From Candidatus Omnitrophota bacterium (GTDB lineage Bacteria > Omnitrophota > Gorgyraeia > Duberdicusellales > 4484-171), in contig QNCE01000003.1 of assembly GCA_003644405.1 (NCBI GenBank), forward strand, positions 1 through 42,766: DNA of 42,766 nucleotides, written 5' to 3'. A model generated the notes under the pieces. That model was not told the origin of the DNA. It ran no database searches and saw nothing but the letters and a program-made list of their open reading frames with translations. The translations under genes and the position numbers were made by a program. Shown here piece by piece: positions 1-7,181 of this stretch. Position 1 is the first letter of the stretch. The number at the start of each line of letters is the position of its first letter.

Positions 1-278
1 GCTTCTTTTCGAGACAAAGCTCTTTTAAAATCATCAAAATCTATAAGTTGGAACTGGGGATTTTCCTTTTTAAGTTTATCTATCAAAGAAGGATGTGCCT
101 TTCTTCTAAATCCTATATACTTAAATTGAGTATGGCAATTAGGGCATTCCTTTAAAGGGAGCTTTAGCCCTATCTTGTGACAAGAAAAACATTCCCCTGA
201 TAGTTCACCTAATACAAAGAGGTGTTTTTCTATATCATCCAAATCTAAAAACTCCCACACTCTTAAGAAACCTTTCAT
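1..278 (-). CDS. Small Zn-ribbon-like hypothetical protein (3'-truncated by window edge; absent from the ORF track)
   Basis: Manual translation from ATG at 278 (ATGA overlap with the LOG stop), open to base 1: MKGFLRVWEFLDLDDIEKHLFVLGELSGECFSCHKIGLKLPLKECPNCHTQFKYIGFRRK...IDFDDFKRALSRKE; two CxxC pairs. Confidence 0.8.
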   Translation of the reverse strand, partial: MKGFLRVWEFLDLDDIEKHLFVLGELSGECFSCHKIGLKLPLKECPNCHTQFKYIGFRRKAHPSLIDKLKKENPQFQLIDFDDFKRALSRKE

Positions 279-934
279 TTTTTTCTATAGAATTTTCTTA
301 TTGCTTTTAAAACCTCTTGAGGAGCATCAACAACTTCGAAGAGAGATAAATCTTTTTTTACAATTGTTCCCTCACTTAATAAGGTGTTTTTAAACCAAGC
401 TAACATACCTTTCCAGTAGTTACTAACTACCAAAATTATAGGAAAGGGCTTTATGCGGTGAGTTTGAATTAATGCCAAAGCTTCAAAAAGTTCATCTAAA
501 GTTCCGTACCCCCCAGGAAAGACTACAAAGGCACATGAGTATTTTGCAAACAACACCTTTCTCACAAAAAAGTATTTAAACTCTAAGAGATAGTTTACGT
601 AGGGATTAGGAACCTGTTGTTCAGGAATAAGGATATTTAAACCAATGGATCTTCCTTTTGCATGGTAGGCTCCTTTATTAGCTGCTTCCATAATTCCCGG
701 GCCTGCACCGGTAATTATACTGTAGCCATTTTTGACTAAAAACTTTGCACATCGGTAAGCAAGTTTATAGTAGGGATGGCTAGAGGTCACTCTTTTAGAG
801 CCAAAGAAAGATACCGCTTTTTTTATGCGAGAAAGTCCCTCAAAACCCTCTACAAATTCACTCATTATGCGGAATATGCGCCAAGTATCCTGTTTAATAA
901 AACTATTGGTAAAATCAATTTTTTTATTATTCAT
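275..934 (-). CDS. LOG-family (TIGR00730-like) nucleotide 5'-monophosphate phosphoribohydrolase
   Basis: Motifs ITGAGPGIMEAANKGA, YFFVRK and PGGYGTLDE. Confidence 0.93.
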   Translation of the reverse strand: MNNKKIDFTNSFIKQDTWRIFRIMSEFVEGFEGLSRIKKAVSFFGSKRVTSSHPYYKLAYRCAKFLVKNGYSIITGAGPGIMEAANKGAYHAKGRSIGLNILIPEQQVPNPYVNYLLEFKYFFVRKVLFAKYSCAFVVFPGGYGTLDELFEALALIQTHRIKPFPIILVVSNYWKGMLAWFKNTLLSEGTIVKKDLSLFEVVDAPQEVLKAIRKFYRKK

Positions 935-938
935 TTTT

Positions 939-1271
939 TTAAATCACTAATTTCTCCGCGATATCAGTTACTATAGGAATTCTGCATAATCTGCCAGTTA
1001 GGGCAGAGTAAATACCGTAGAGAGAAAGAACCGAAAAGATAATTATTCCTAAAACATAGAATATCCCTCCAATCAGAGGAATAAGAGAAAGTACAGCGAA
1101 AATAACCTCTCCTATAAAGATTACTAAACCATGTCTAGCATGGTAGTGGGTAAAACGGTTATCTTTCTTTATAAGAAAAGCTAAAATCCATAAAAAGAAT
1201 ACATAAGAAAGTGCGGCTAACCCTGCCCCTTTTTTAATCTCTTCTAAACTTAAATCTTCCTTTTTACTCAT
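939..1271 (-). CDS. DUF4870-like small integral membrane protein (about 3 TM segments)
   Basis: AALSY...F.HYHARHGL and terminal RIPIV pattern; hydrophobic segments; strong SD GGAGGTGA upstream. Confidence 0.8.
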   Translation of the reverse strand: MSKKEDLSLEEIKKGAGLAALSYVFFLWILAFLIKKDNRFTHYHARHGLVIFIGEVIFAVLSLIPLIGGIFYVLGIIIFSVLSLYGIYSALTGRLCRIPIVTDIAEKLVI

Positions 1272-1306
1272 CTTTCACCTCCTCCAAATTTAAAAATCTT
1301 ATTTAT

Positions 1307-1334
1307 ATTATAGACAATTTACAGTTAATAACAA
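1307..1334 (-). promoter_or_regulatory. Putative sigma-70 promoter for DUF4870-LOG-Zn-ribbon unit
   Basis: Minus strand TTGTTA(1334-1329)-N16-TATAAT(1312-1307), just downstream of the terminator. Confidence 0.5.
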
Positions 1335-1335
1335 T

Positions 1336-1380
1336 AAAAAAAATTGCCCCCCTGCTTTTTAATAAAGCAGGGGGGCAATT
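1336..1380 (-). terminator. Rho-independent terminator of the beta-barrel gene
   Basis: Perfect 17-bp inverted repeat aattgcccccctgcttt (1342-1358) / aaagcaggggggcaatt (1364-1380), 5-nt loop, followed by a T-run on the minus strand; 15 nt after the stop codon. Confidence 0.93.
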
Positions 1381-1395
1381 AGTTAGCTAATGACC

Positions 1396-2679
1396 TTAGA
1401 AGGTTATCTTCATTTTTCCAATAACCTGGGAAGCACTATCATCGTTGGAGTCATTAAAAGCATCACCAGGATTAAAATAACCATACATTAGGCTGAACTG
1501 AACATCCTCAGTGTAGTTGTAAGTAAGATGTAAATCTATTTCGTTACCTAAATCTTTCTCCTGATCCATAGTGTAACCACCCCAGGGTTGAGTGACAGAA
1601 TTGGTATCACCAGAAAGAGTGCTTACCTTACCTACCAACCTTAAGTTAGCATAGCGTAAGCTTAAAGAGACATCATCGGTAAGGTCAGCACCTAAATTTA
1701 CGCATATTGCTTGATAGTTAGAATTCTTAAATAGAGCATTTGCAATATCAGCAGGAGTAATTTCCTCATACATCGGGTCCCATTTATCACTTATTCTGAT
1801 GTAATCTAAACCTATGCTCATAGGAACCCAGGTATCAGTGAGTTTGTAAGTTGCACTAGCTAAAATTGCTAAGTCACTGCTGTGTTTATCGGTTCGGGGA
1901 GCAGAAGAAAATCCAACATTAGCGTATCTCTGATACTGATAAGCTATCTCTCCGGTTAAGATTAAATTCTCAACAGGAGAAGAAACCACTCTTACACCTA
2001 TGTTACCAATATCTGCCTTTTTCCTGTCATCGAGGATGTAGTAAAGCTCAGCGCTGGTAGTTTCGTCAACTTCATAGTTAGCATCTAAAATGTAAATATC
2101 TCTATCATCGCTGTCGTACTCATCACCTTCTGAATTCTTAATTAATCCTAAATTAAGAACTAAAGGAGAATAATCTAAAGTTGCCATTATCCCTTCAAAT
2201 GTCTTTGCTCCACAGAGATCAGAAAAAGCGGTTCCTGCAAAATTAGAAGCTCCTTTGTAGTTGGTGTTAGGGTCAGCAACAATCAAGCCACTTCCTATCT
2301 TTACTCCCTGCTTACCAATCTTTAAGGTAAGAGGATAGTCAAGGAAGTTTTTTAATGTGATCCATAACCCTCCTAATAACATATTACCACTTGCGGTAGG
2401 AGTTCCTGAGGCACTAGTTCCTCCACCCCATATTCTCTCATGGAAAAGCACAGTATTTGCTGATACATCTTCAGTTAAATCAGCACTGATAGAGAGTTTA
2501 AGAATAGATGCCAGAGCACTGGCATCATAGTCGGTTCCTCCCCCAAGGTGAAAGTCACTGCGGGAAAGAGCGTACATATCAATTTTCCCGCCCACTTTAA
2601 CATTCTCTACAGCAGCAAAAGCAGTACCTAAAAAAGATACTGCTAAAATTGCTACCAAAACAGTTAATTTCTTACTCAT
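1396..2679 (-). CDS. Outer-membrane beta-barrel protein / porin (alginate-export-family-like)
   Basis: Sec signal peptide (…GTAFA|AVENVKV), alternating amphipathic beta-strand pattern, DLGNEIDL..TYNY..DVQF.LMYGYFNPG motif, C-terminal Phe; strong SD AAAGGAGGT. Confidence 0.82.
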   Translation of the reverse strand: MSKKLTVLVAILAVSFLGTAFAAVENVKVGGKIDMYALSRSDFHLGGGTDYDASALASILKLSISADLTEDVSANTVLFHERIWGGGTSASGTPTASGNMLLGGLWITLKNFLDYPLTLKIGKQGVKIGSGLIVADPNTNYKGASNFAGTAFSDLCGAKTFEGIMATLDYSPLVLNLGLIKNSEGDEYDSDDRDIYILDANYEVDETTSAELYYILDDRKKADIGNIGVRVVSSPVENLILTGEIAYQYQRYANVGFSSAPRTDKHSSDLAILASATYKLTDTWVPMSIGLDYIRISDKWDPMYEEITPADIANALFKNSNYQAICVNLGADLTDDVSLSLRYANLRLVGKVSTLSGDTNSVTQPWGGYTMDQEKDLGNEIDLHLTYNYTEDVQFSLMYGYFNPGDAFNDSNDDSASQVIGKMKITF

Positions 2680-2759
2680 TATTCGACCTCCTTTCTCAAG
2701 AATTTCTATTTATCTCCAACAAGGTTTAAAGAATCCTTGTTAATATCTTGCCTATCTAT

Positions 2760-2865
2760 GTTATATCATCCACTTCTCCAACAATCTCTCAGGATTTTTT
2801 TAGGTTACTTTAATAAATTTCACCTCCTTTCCTCCTGGATTGAGATTGTTTGTGGATGGTATAAC
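2760..2865 (-). ncRNA. Predicted structured 5' leader RNA (long interrupted hairpin) of the beta-barrel gene; family not recognised
   Basis: Nested complementary arms: 2852-2865 with 2760-2773 (13/14 bp), 2842-2850 with 2780-2788 (9/9), 2833-2837 with 2790-2794 (5/5). A second hairpin pairs 2735-2741 with 2718-2724. Confidence 0.6.
2800..2823 (-). other. Candidate uORF, 7-aa leader peptide MKFIKVT
   Basis: AGGAGG, 7 nt, then GTG AAA TTT ATT AAA GTA ACC TAA, inside the apical region of the leader hairpin. Confidence 0.3.
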
Positions 2866-2877
2866 CTTTCTGTAAAC

Positions 2878-2891
2878 GTTTTCAAAGAACT
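2878..2891 (-). promoter_or_regulatory. boxA-like Nus-factor antitermination element
   Basis: AGTTCTTTGAAAAC matches the GYTCTTTGAAAA-type rrn boxA; lies just after the predicted transcription start. Confidence 0.65.
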
Positions 2892-2900
2892 CACTATTCT

Positions 2901-2940
2901 TTTTTAGCAAATAATTATTTAGTTGTCAAGATTTTTTTAC
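2901..2940 (-). promoter_or_regulatory. Strong sigma-70 promoter with UP-like A-tract
   Basis: TTGACA(2929-2924)-N17-TAAAAA(2906-2901) with extended -10 TG; A8 tract just upstream of -35. Confidence 0.7.
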
Positions 2941-2947
2941 CTTTTTC

Positions 2948-2994
2948 TTCCCATAAATTGTTATCATTATTTTTAAAAACCCTATATATTGTGT
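2948..2994. promoter_or_regulatory. Tandem NrdR-box-like operator pair
   Basis: 2979-2994 reads ACACAATATATAGGGT on the minus strand (15/16 to acaCwAtATaTwGtgt). 2948-2963 reads TAACAATTTATGGGAA (8/10 of the core) and is offset by exactly 31 bp. Confidence 0.55.
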
Positions 2995-3069
2995 CCAAAT
3001 TTAACAACTAAGTTTTTATCCTAATTTTTACTATTTTTCTTATCCTTTTTGTGATATTTTTACTTCTCT

Positions 3070-3142
3070 TGCCCCCAGCCCGATTCGAACGGGCCCACCA
3101 GGCTTAGGAGGCCTGTGCTCTATCCTCTTAAGCTATGGGGGC
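3070..3142 (-). tRNA. tRNA-Arg (anticodon CCT), CCA not encoded
   Basis: Cloverleaf: acceptor GCCCCCA/TGGGGGC, D-arm GCTT/GAGC with A20, anticodon arm CAGGC-CTCCTAA-GCCTG, T-arm GCCCG-TTCGAAT-CGGGC, discriminator A. Confidence 0.96.
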
Positions 3143-3153
3143 AAAGATAGTCT

Positions 3154-3666
3154 TCAAAACTTTATTAATGAATAAACAGGATAAGATTTAAGTTTTTTTC
3201 TTCCTTTTAAAGAAAGGAGCTCGATGAGGAAAGCTATACCTACTATTTCTCCTTTCAGTTTCTTTACTAATCTCACGATAGCATGGGATGTGCCTCCGGT
3301 AGCTAAAAGGTCGTCAACTATCAAAACTTTTGCTCCTTTAGGAAAGGCATCACGATGAATACAAAAACTATCTTTTCCATACTCTAACTTGTAGCTTACC
3401 TTATAGCTTTTATAGGGGAGTTTGCCTGGCTTTCTTACAGGAATAAACCCACATCCTAATTTATAAGCCAAAGCCCCTCCTAAGATAAATCCTCTAGCTT
3501 CAGCACAGACGATATAATCTATCTTCTTATCTTTAAATAGGCTAGCTAAACGGTTAATAGTTATTTTAAATGCTCTCTTGTTATTAAGAAGAGTGGTTAT
3601 ATCTCTAAAAAGAATGCCTTTTTTGGGAAAATCAGGAATAGTCCTTATAAGATTCTTTAAATCCAA
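3154..3666 (-). CDS. apt: Adenine phosphoribosyltransferase
   Basis: IPDFPKKGILFRDITTL, EARGF, RKPGKLP, LEYG, VDDLLATGGT; TTG start with SD AGGAGGT. Confidence 0.97.
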   Translation of the reverse strand: MDLKNLIRTIPDFPKKGILFRDITTLLNNKRAFKITINRLASLFKDKKIDYIVCAEARGFILGGALAYKLGCGFIPVRKPGKLPYKSYKVSYKLEYGKDSFCIHRDAFPKGAKVLIVDDLLATGGTSHAIVRLVKKLKGEIVGIAFLIELLSLKGRKKLKSYPVYSLIKF

Positions 3667-3677
3667 CTTTACCTCCT

Positions 3678-4499
3678 TTAAAATTCTATCTCTTTTTTCT
3701 GTTCTTGAGCAACATATTTTCTTAACTTCTTTATCGCTCCCTCCTCAATCTGCCTTACTCTTTCCCGGGAAACTCTTAGCTCCTTAGCTACTTCCGCTAA
3801 AGTATGCGGTTTACCATCGCTTATCCCGAACCTTAAATCTAAAACTCTCTTCTCTCTATCACTAATAGCATCTAAAAGATGAACGACCTCTTCATGTAAG
3901 AAGAAACTCTCTATTTCTTTCTCTGTATCAGCATATCCCGTAGCTTTAATAAAATCCCCTAATTGAGAATCCCCCTCTTCTCCTACAGGAGCTTCCAAAG
4001 AAGTTTTTTTCGTCATCAATCTCTCTAGTTGAACTATCTTTTCTACAGAAAGTTTCATTTTTTTAGCTAACTCTGAAGAGGTAGGTTCTCTCTTCAACTT
4101 TTGACGCAACTGCTCCTTTTTTTTCTTATACTTAGAGATTAACTCACTCATATATACGGGTATCCTTATAGTTTTACCTTGGTCAATTAAAGCACGGGTT
4201 ATTGCCTGTCTTATCCACCACGCAGCGTAAGTGGAAAATCGATAGCCTTTTTTTAAACTAAATTTATCAATAGCTTTCATTAACCCAATATTTCCTTCAG
4301 CAATTAAATCCATAAGTGGTAGACCTAAATGGGTATAATGTTTGGCAATATTTACTACTAACTTTAAGTTGGAATTTATCAATTTTCTCCGTGCATGTTT
4401 ATTGCCTTTTTTAGCTTTCCTTATCAGATCCTCTTCCTCTTTCTTAGAGAGTAAAGGGATATCTTTTATCCTCTCTAAGTAAGCTTTAATTGCATCCAT
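3678..4499 (-). CDS. RpoD/RpoS-like sigma-70 factor (regions 1.2-4, no region 1.1)
   Basis: NLKLVVNIAKHY, DLIAEGNIGL, FSTYAAWWIRQAI, TIRIPV, SRERVRQIE. Confidence 0.93.
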   Translation of the reverse strand: MDAIKAYLERIKDIPLLSKKEEEDLIRKAKKGNKHARRKLINSNLKLVVNIAKHYTHLGLPLMDLIAEGNIGLMKAIDKFSLKKGYRFSTYAAWWIRQAITRALIDQGKTIRIPVYMSELISKYKKKKEQLRQKLKREPTSSELAKKMKLSVEKIVQLERLMTKKTSLEAPVGEEGDSQLGDFIKATGYADTEKEIESFFLHEEVVHLLDAISDREKRVLDLRFGISDGKPHTLAEVAKELRVSRERVRQIEEGAIKKLRKYVAQEQKKEIEF

Positions 4500-4505
4500 A
4501 AATAA

Positions 4506-7163
4506 TTATTTTCTTTTCTTTCCTTTTCTGATCTCTTTATCCTCTAAAGCTGCTTGAGCAGCAGCTAGTCTAGCTATAGGAACTCTAAATGGAGAACAAC
4601 TTACATAATCTAAACCAATTCGATGGCAAAATCTTACTGACTGGGGATCACCTCCTTGCTCCCCACATATCCCTACTTTTAAATTCTTCCTTGTCTTTCT
4701 TCCTAAGGTTACTGCCATCTCCATAAGTTTTCCTACCCCTGTCTCATCTACAGAGACAAAAGGGTCGTAAGGCAAGAGTTTATTCTCTAAATAAACTTTT
4801 AAGAATCTTCCTGCATCATCACGGGAAAAACCAAACGTCATCTGAGTAAGGTCATTAGTACCAAAAGAGAAAAATTCTGCATAAGCAGCAATCTCATCGG
4901 CAGTTAAAGCAGCACGAGGAACCTCTACCATCGTTCCTACACTATAGTTTAACTTTACCTTATACTTCTTACTTACTTCTCTAGCTACCTCATCAATATA
5001 ATTTTTAGTAATTATAATCTCGTTAACATGACCTACCAGAGGAACCATAACCTCTGGTTTTATTTTAATCTTTTCCTCTTTTATAAAGTAAGCTGCCGCC
5101 TCAAATATTGCCTGAGCCTGCATTTTTATAATTTCAGGATAAACTATTCCTAACCGGCAACCTCTAAATCCTAACATAGGATTAAATTCGTGTAGGCTAC
5201 TCACTGTATCTTTTATCTTCTGAGGAGAGATACCAATCTTTTGAGAAAGTTGTTCTATTTCTTCATCAGTTTTAGGAAGAAATTCATGAAGAGGTGGATC
5301 AAGTAACCTTATAGTTACCGGGAATCCTTTCATTACTTTAAATATCCCTTTAAAATCTTCTCTTTGAAGAGGAAGGAGTTCTTTTAAAGCCTTTTCTTTT
5401 TCTTCTTCACTTTCAGAAAGAATCATCCTCTGCATTTTAGGAAGTCTGTCCTTACCAAAGAACATATGTTCGGTTCGGCATAAACCTATGCCTTCAGCAC
5501 CAAAATCACGAGCAATTTTGGCATCGTAAGGAGTATCGGCGTTAGTTCTTACCCCTAACTTCCTTATTTGATCAGCCCATTTCATTAACTGTGCAAACTC
5601 TCCAGATAATTTAGGCTCAACTAATTTTACCTTCTCTAAGAACACCTCTCCTGTAGAGCCATCGATACTTATAATTTGACCTTTCTTTATTAGATTATCT
5701 TTCACCTTAAAATAACCTTCTTCTTCATTAACGATAACCTCAGAACATCCCACCACACAAGGCTTACCCATTCCTCTTCCTACCACTGCAGCATGACTGG
5801 TTAATCCTCCTGTGGAAGTAAGAATACCACAAGAAGTTGCCATGCCTCCTACATCTTCAGGAGAGGTTTCCTTCCTTACCAAGATTACCTCTTTCCCCTT
5901 TTCTGCTTCTTCAATTGCCTCCTCAGCAGTAAAAACAACCTCTCCTACAGCCGCTCCAGGAGAAGCAGCTAATCCTTTAGCTACAGGTATAGGTTTAGAA
6001 GAAGGGTCTATTGTAGGGTGAAGAAGTTGGTCTAAAGATTGAGGACTAACTCTTTTTACTGCCTCTTCTTTAGTGATTAGGCCTTCTTTAACCATATCTA
6101 CAGCAATTTTTACACTAGCTTGAGCAGTTCTTTTGCCCGTCCTTGTTTGAAGAAGATAAAGTGTACCTTTCTCGATAGTGAACTCTAAATCTTGCATATC
6201 TTTAAAATGCTTCTCTAATTTTTTCTGAATACGATAAAGCTGATTATATATTTTAGGCATAGTTTTTTTAAGTTCCTCTATGCTCTGAGGAGTCCTAATT
6301 CCTGCTACTACATCTTCACCTTGAGCATTCATTAAAAACTCTCCATAGAATTTTTTCTCCCCTGTAGAAGGATTTCTGGTAAATGCTACACCTGTGCCAG
6401 AATCAGGACCCATATTCCCAAACACCATAGCTTGCACATTTACCGCTGTTCCTAAAGTATGAGGAATTTTATTTAAATTCCTGTAAGTTATTGCTCGAGG
6501 ATTGTTCCAAGATTCAAAAACTGCCAGAATAGCCATCTTAAGTTGCTTCCATACATCTTGAGGAAAATTATAACCCATTGTTTCTTTAAAAAGCTGCTTA
6601 AACTTCTGTGTAATATCCCTCCAGTCATCGGCACCTAACTCTACATCTAACCTTACGCCTTTTTCTTTCTTTTTTTCTTCAATTATCTTCTCAAACTTAT
6701 CTTTCTCTATCTTTAAAACTACATCTGAAAACATCTGAATAAATCGGCGATAAGCATCAAAGACAAACCGTTCATCATTAGTCTGAGCAATTAATCCTTT
6801 AATAGTAGTATCGTTCAGGCCTAAGTTAAGAATTGTATCCATCATCCCCGGCATAGAAATCGCTGCGCCACTCCTTACAGAAACTAAAAGAGGGTTGTCT
6901 TTCGAGCCGAATTTTTTACCCATCGCCTCTTCAATCTTCCTCATATACTTTTTAACTTCCTCAAAAAACTCTAAGGGTAACTTTTTGTTATTCTTATAGT
7001 AATAAGTGCACATTTGTGTAGAAATTGTGAATCCTGCAGGCACAGGGATGCCTAAATTGGTCATCTCAGCAAGATTTGCTCCCTTCCCTCCTAAAATATC
7101 TTTCATCTTAGCATTCCCCTCTGCCTTTCCTTTACCAAAGAAGTAAATATATTTTTTTGCCAT
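4506..7163 (-). CDS. ppdK: Pyruvate, phosphate dikinase
   Basis: GGKGANLAEM, SVRSGA, GGLTSHAAVV (phospho-His), GLCRTEHMF, FSFGTNDLTQ. Confidence 0.98.
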   Translation of the reverse strand: MAKKYIYFFGKGKAEGNAKMKDILGGKGANLAEMTNLGIPVPAGFTISTQMCTYYYKNNKKLPLEFFEEVKKYMRKIEEAMGKKFGSKDNPLLVSVRSGAAISMPGMMDTILNLGLNDTTIKGLIAQTNDERFVFDAYRRFIQMFSDVVLKIEKDKFEKIIEEKKKEKGVRLDVELGADDWRDITQKFKQLFKETMGYNFPQDVWKQLKMAILAVFESWNNPRAITYRNLNKIPHTLGTAVNVQAMVFGNMGPDSGTGVAFTRNPSTGEKKFYGEFLMNAQGEDVVAGIRTPQSIEELKKTMPKIYNQLYRIQKKLEKHFKDMQDLEFTIEKGTLYLLQTRTGKRTAQASVKIAVDMVKEGLITKEEAVKRVSPQSLDQLLHPTIDPSSKPIPVAKGLAASPGAAVGEVVFTAEEAIEEAEKGKEVILVRKETSPEDVGGMATSCGILTSTGGLTSHAAVVGRGMGKPCVVGCSEVIVNEEEGYFKVKDNLIKKGQIISIDGSTGEVFLEKVKLVEPKLSGEFAQLMKWADQIRKLGVRTNADTPYDAKIARDFGAEGIGLCRTEHMFFGKDRLPKMQRMILSESEEEKEKALKELLPLQREDFKGIFKVMKGFPVTIRLLDPPLHEFLPKTDEEIEQLSQKIGISPQKIKDTVSSLHEFNPMLGFRGCRLGIVYPEIIKMQAQAIFEAAAYFIKEEKIKIKPEVMVPLVGHVNEIIITKNYIDEVAREVSKKYKVKLNYSVGTMVEVPRAALTADEIAAYAEFFSFGTNDLTQMTFGFSRDDAGRFLKVYLENKLLPYDPFVSVDETGVGKLMEMAVTLGRKTRKNLKVGICGEQGGDPQSVRFCHRIGLDYVSCSPFRVPIARLAAAQAALEDKEIRKGKKRK

Positions 7164-7181
7164 TGCCTATCCCTCCTCTCT

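Noticed and set aside
939-1271. DUF4870 protein as a magnetosome MamF-like gene
   Set aside because: The family is widespread in non-magnetotactic microbes and there are no other mam/mad genes in the window
2820-2830. TCACCTCCTTT on the plus strand resembling the 16S rRNA 3' end
   Set aside because: No flanking 16S sequence (no helix 45 GGATCA context); it is simply the complement of a minus-strand SD
2760-2865. Leader hairpin as SRP (4.5S) or 6S RNA
   Set aside because: It lacks the SRP helix-8 signature (CAGG...GNRA...AGCAG), is too short for 6S with no end-to-end closing stem, and has no terminator separating it from the porin gene
1396-3142. tRNA-Arg as the integration site of a genomic island
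   Set aside because: No integrase, no duplicated tRNA 3' end seen in the window, and downstream genes look native
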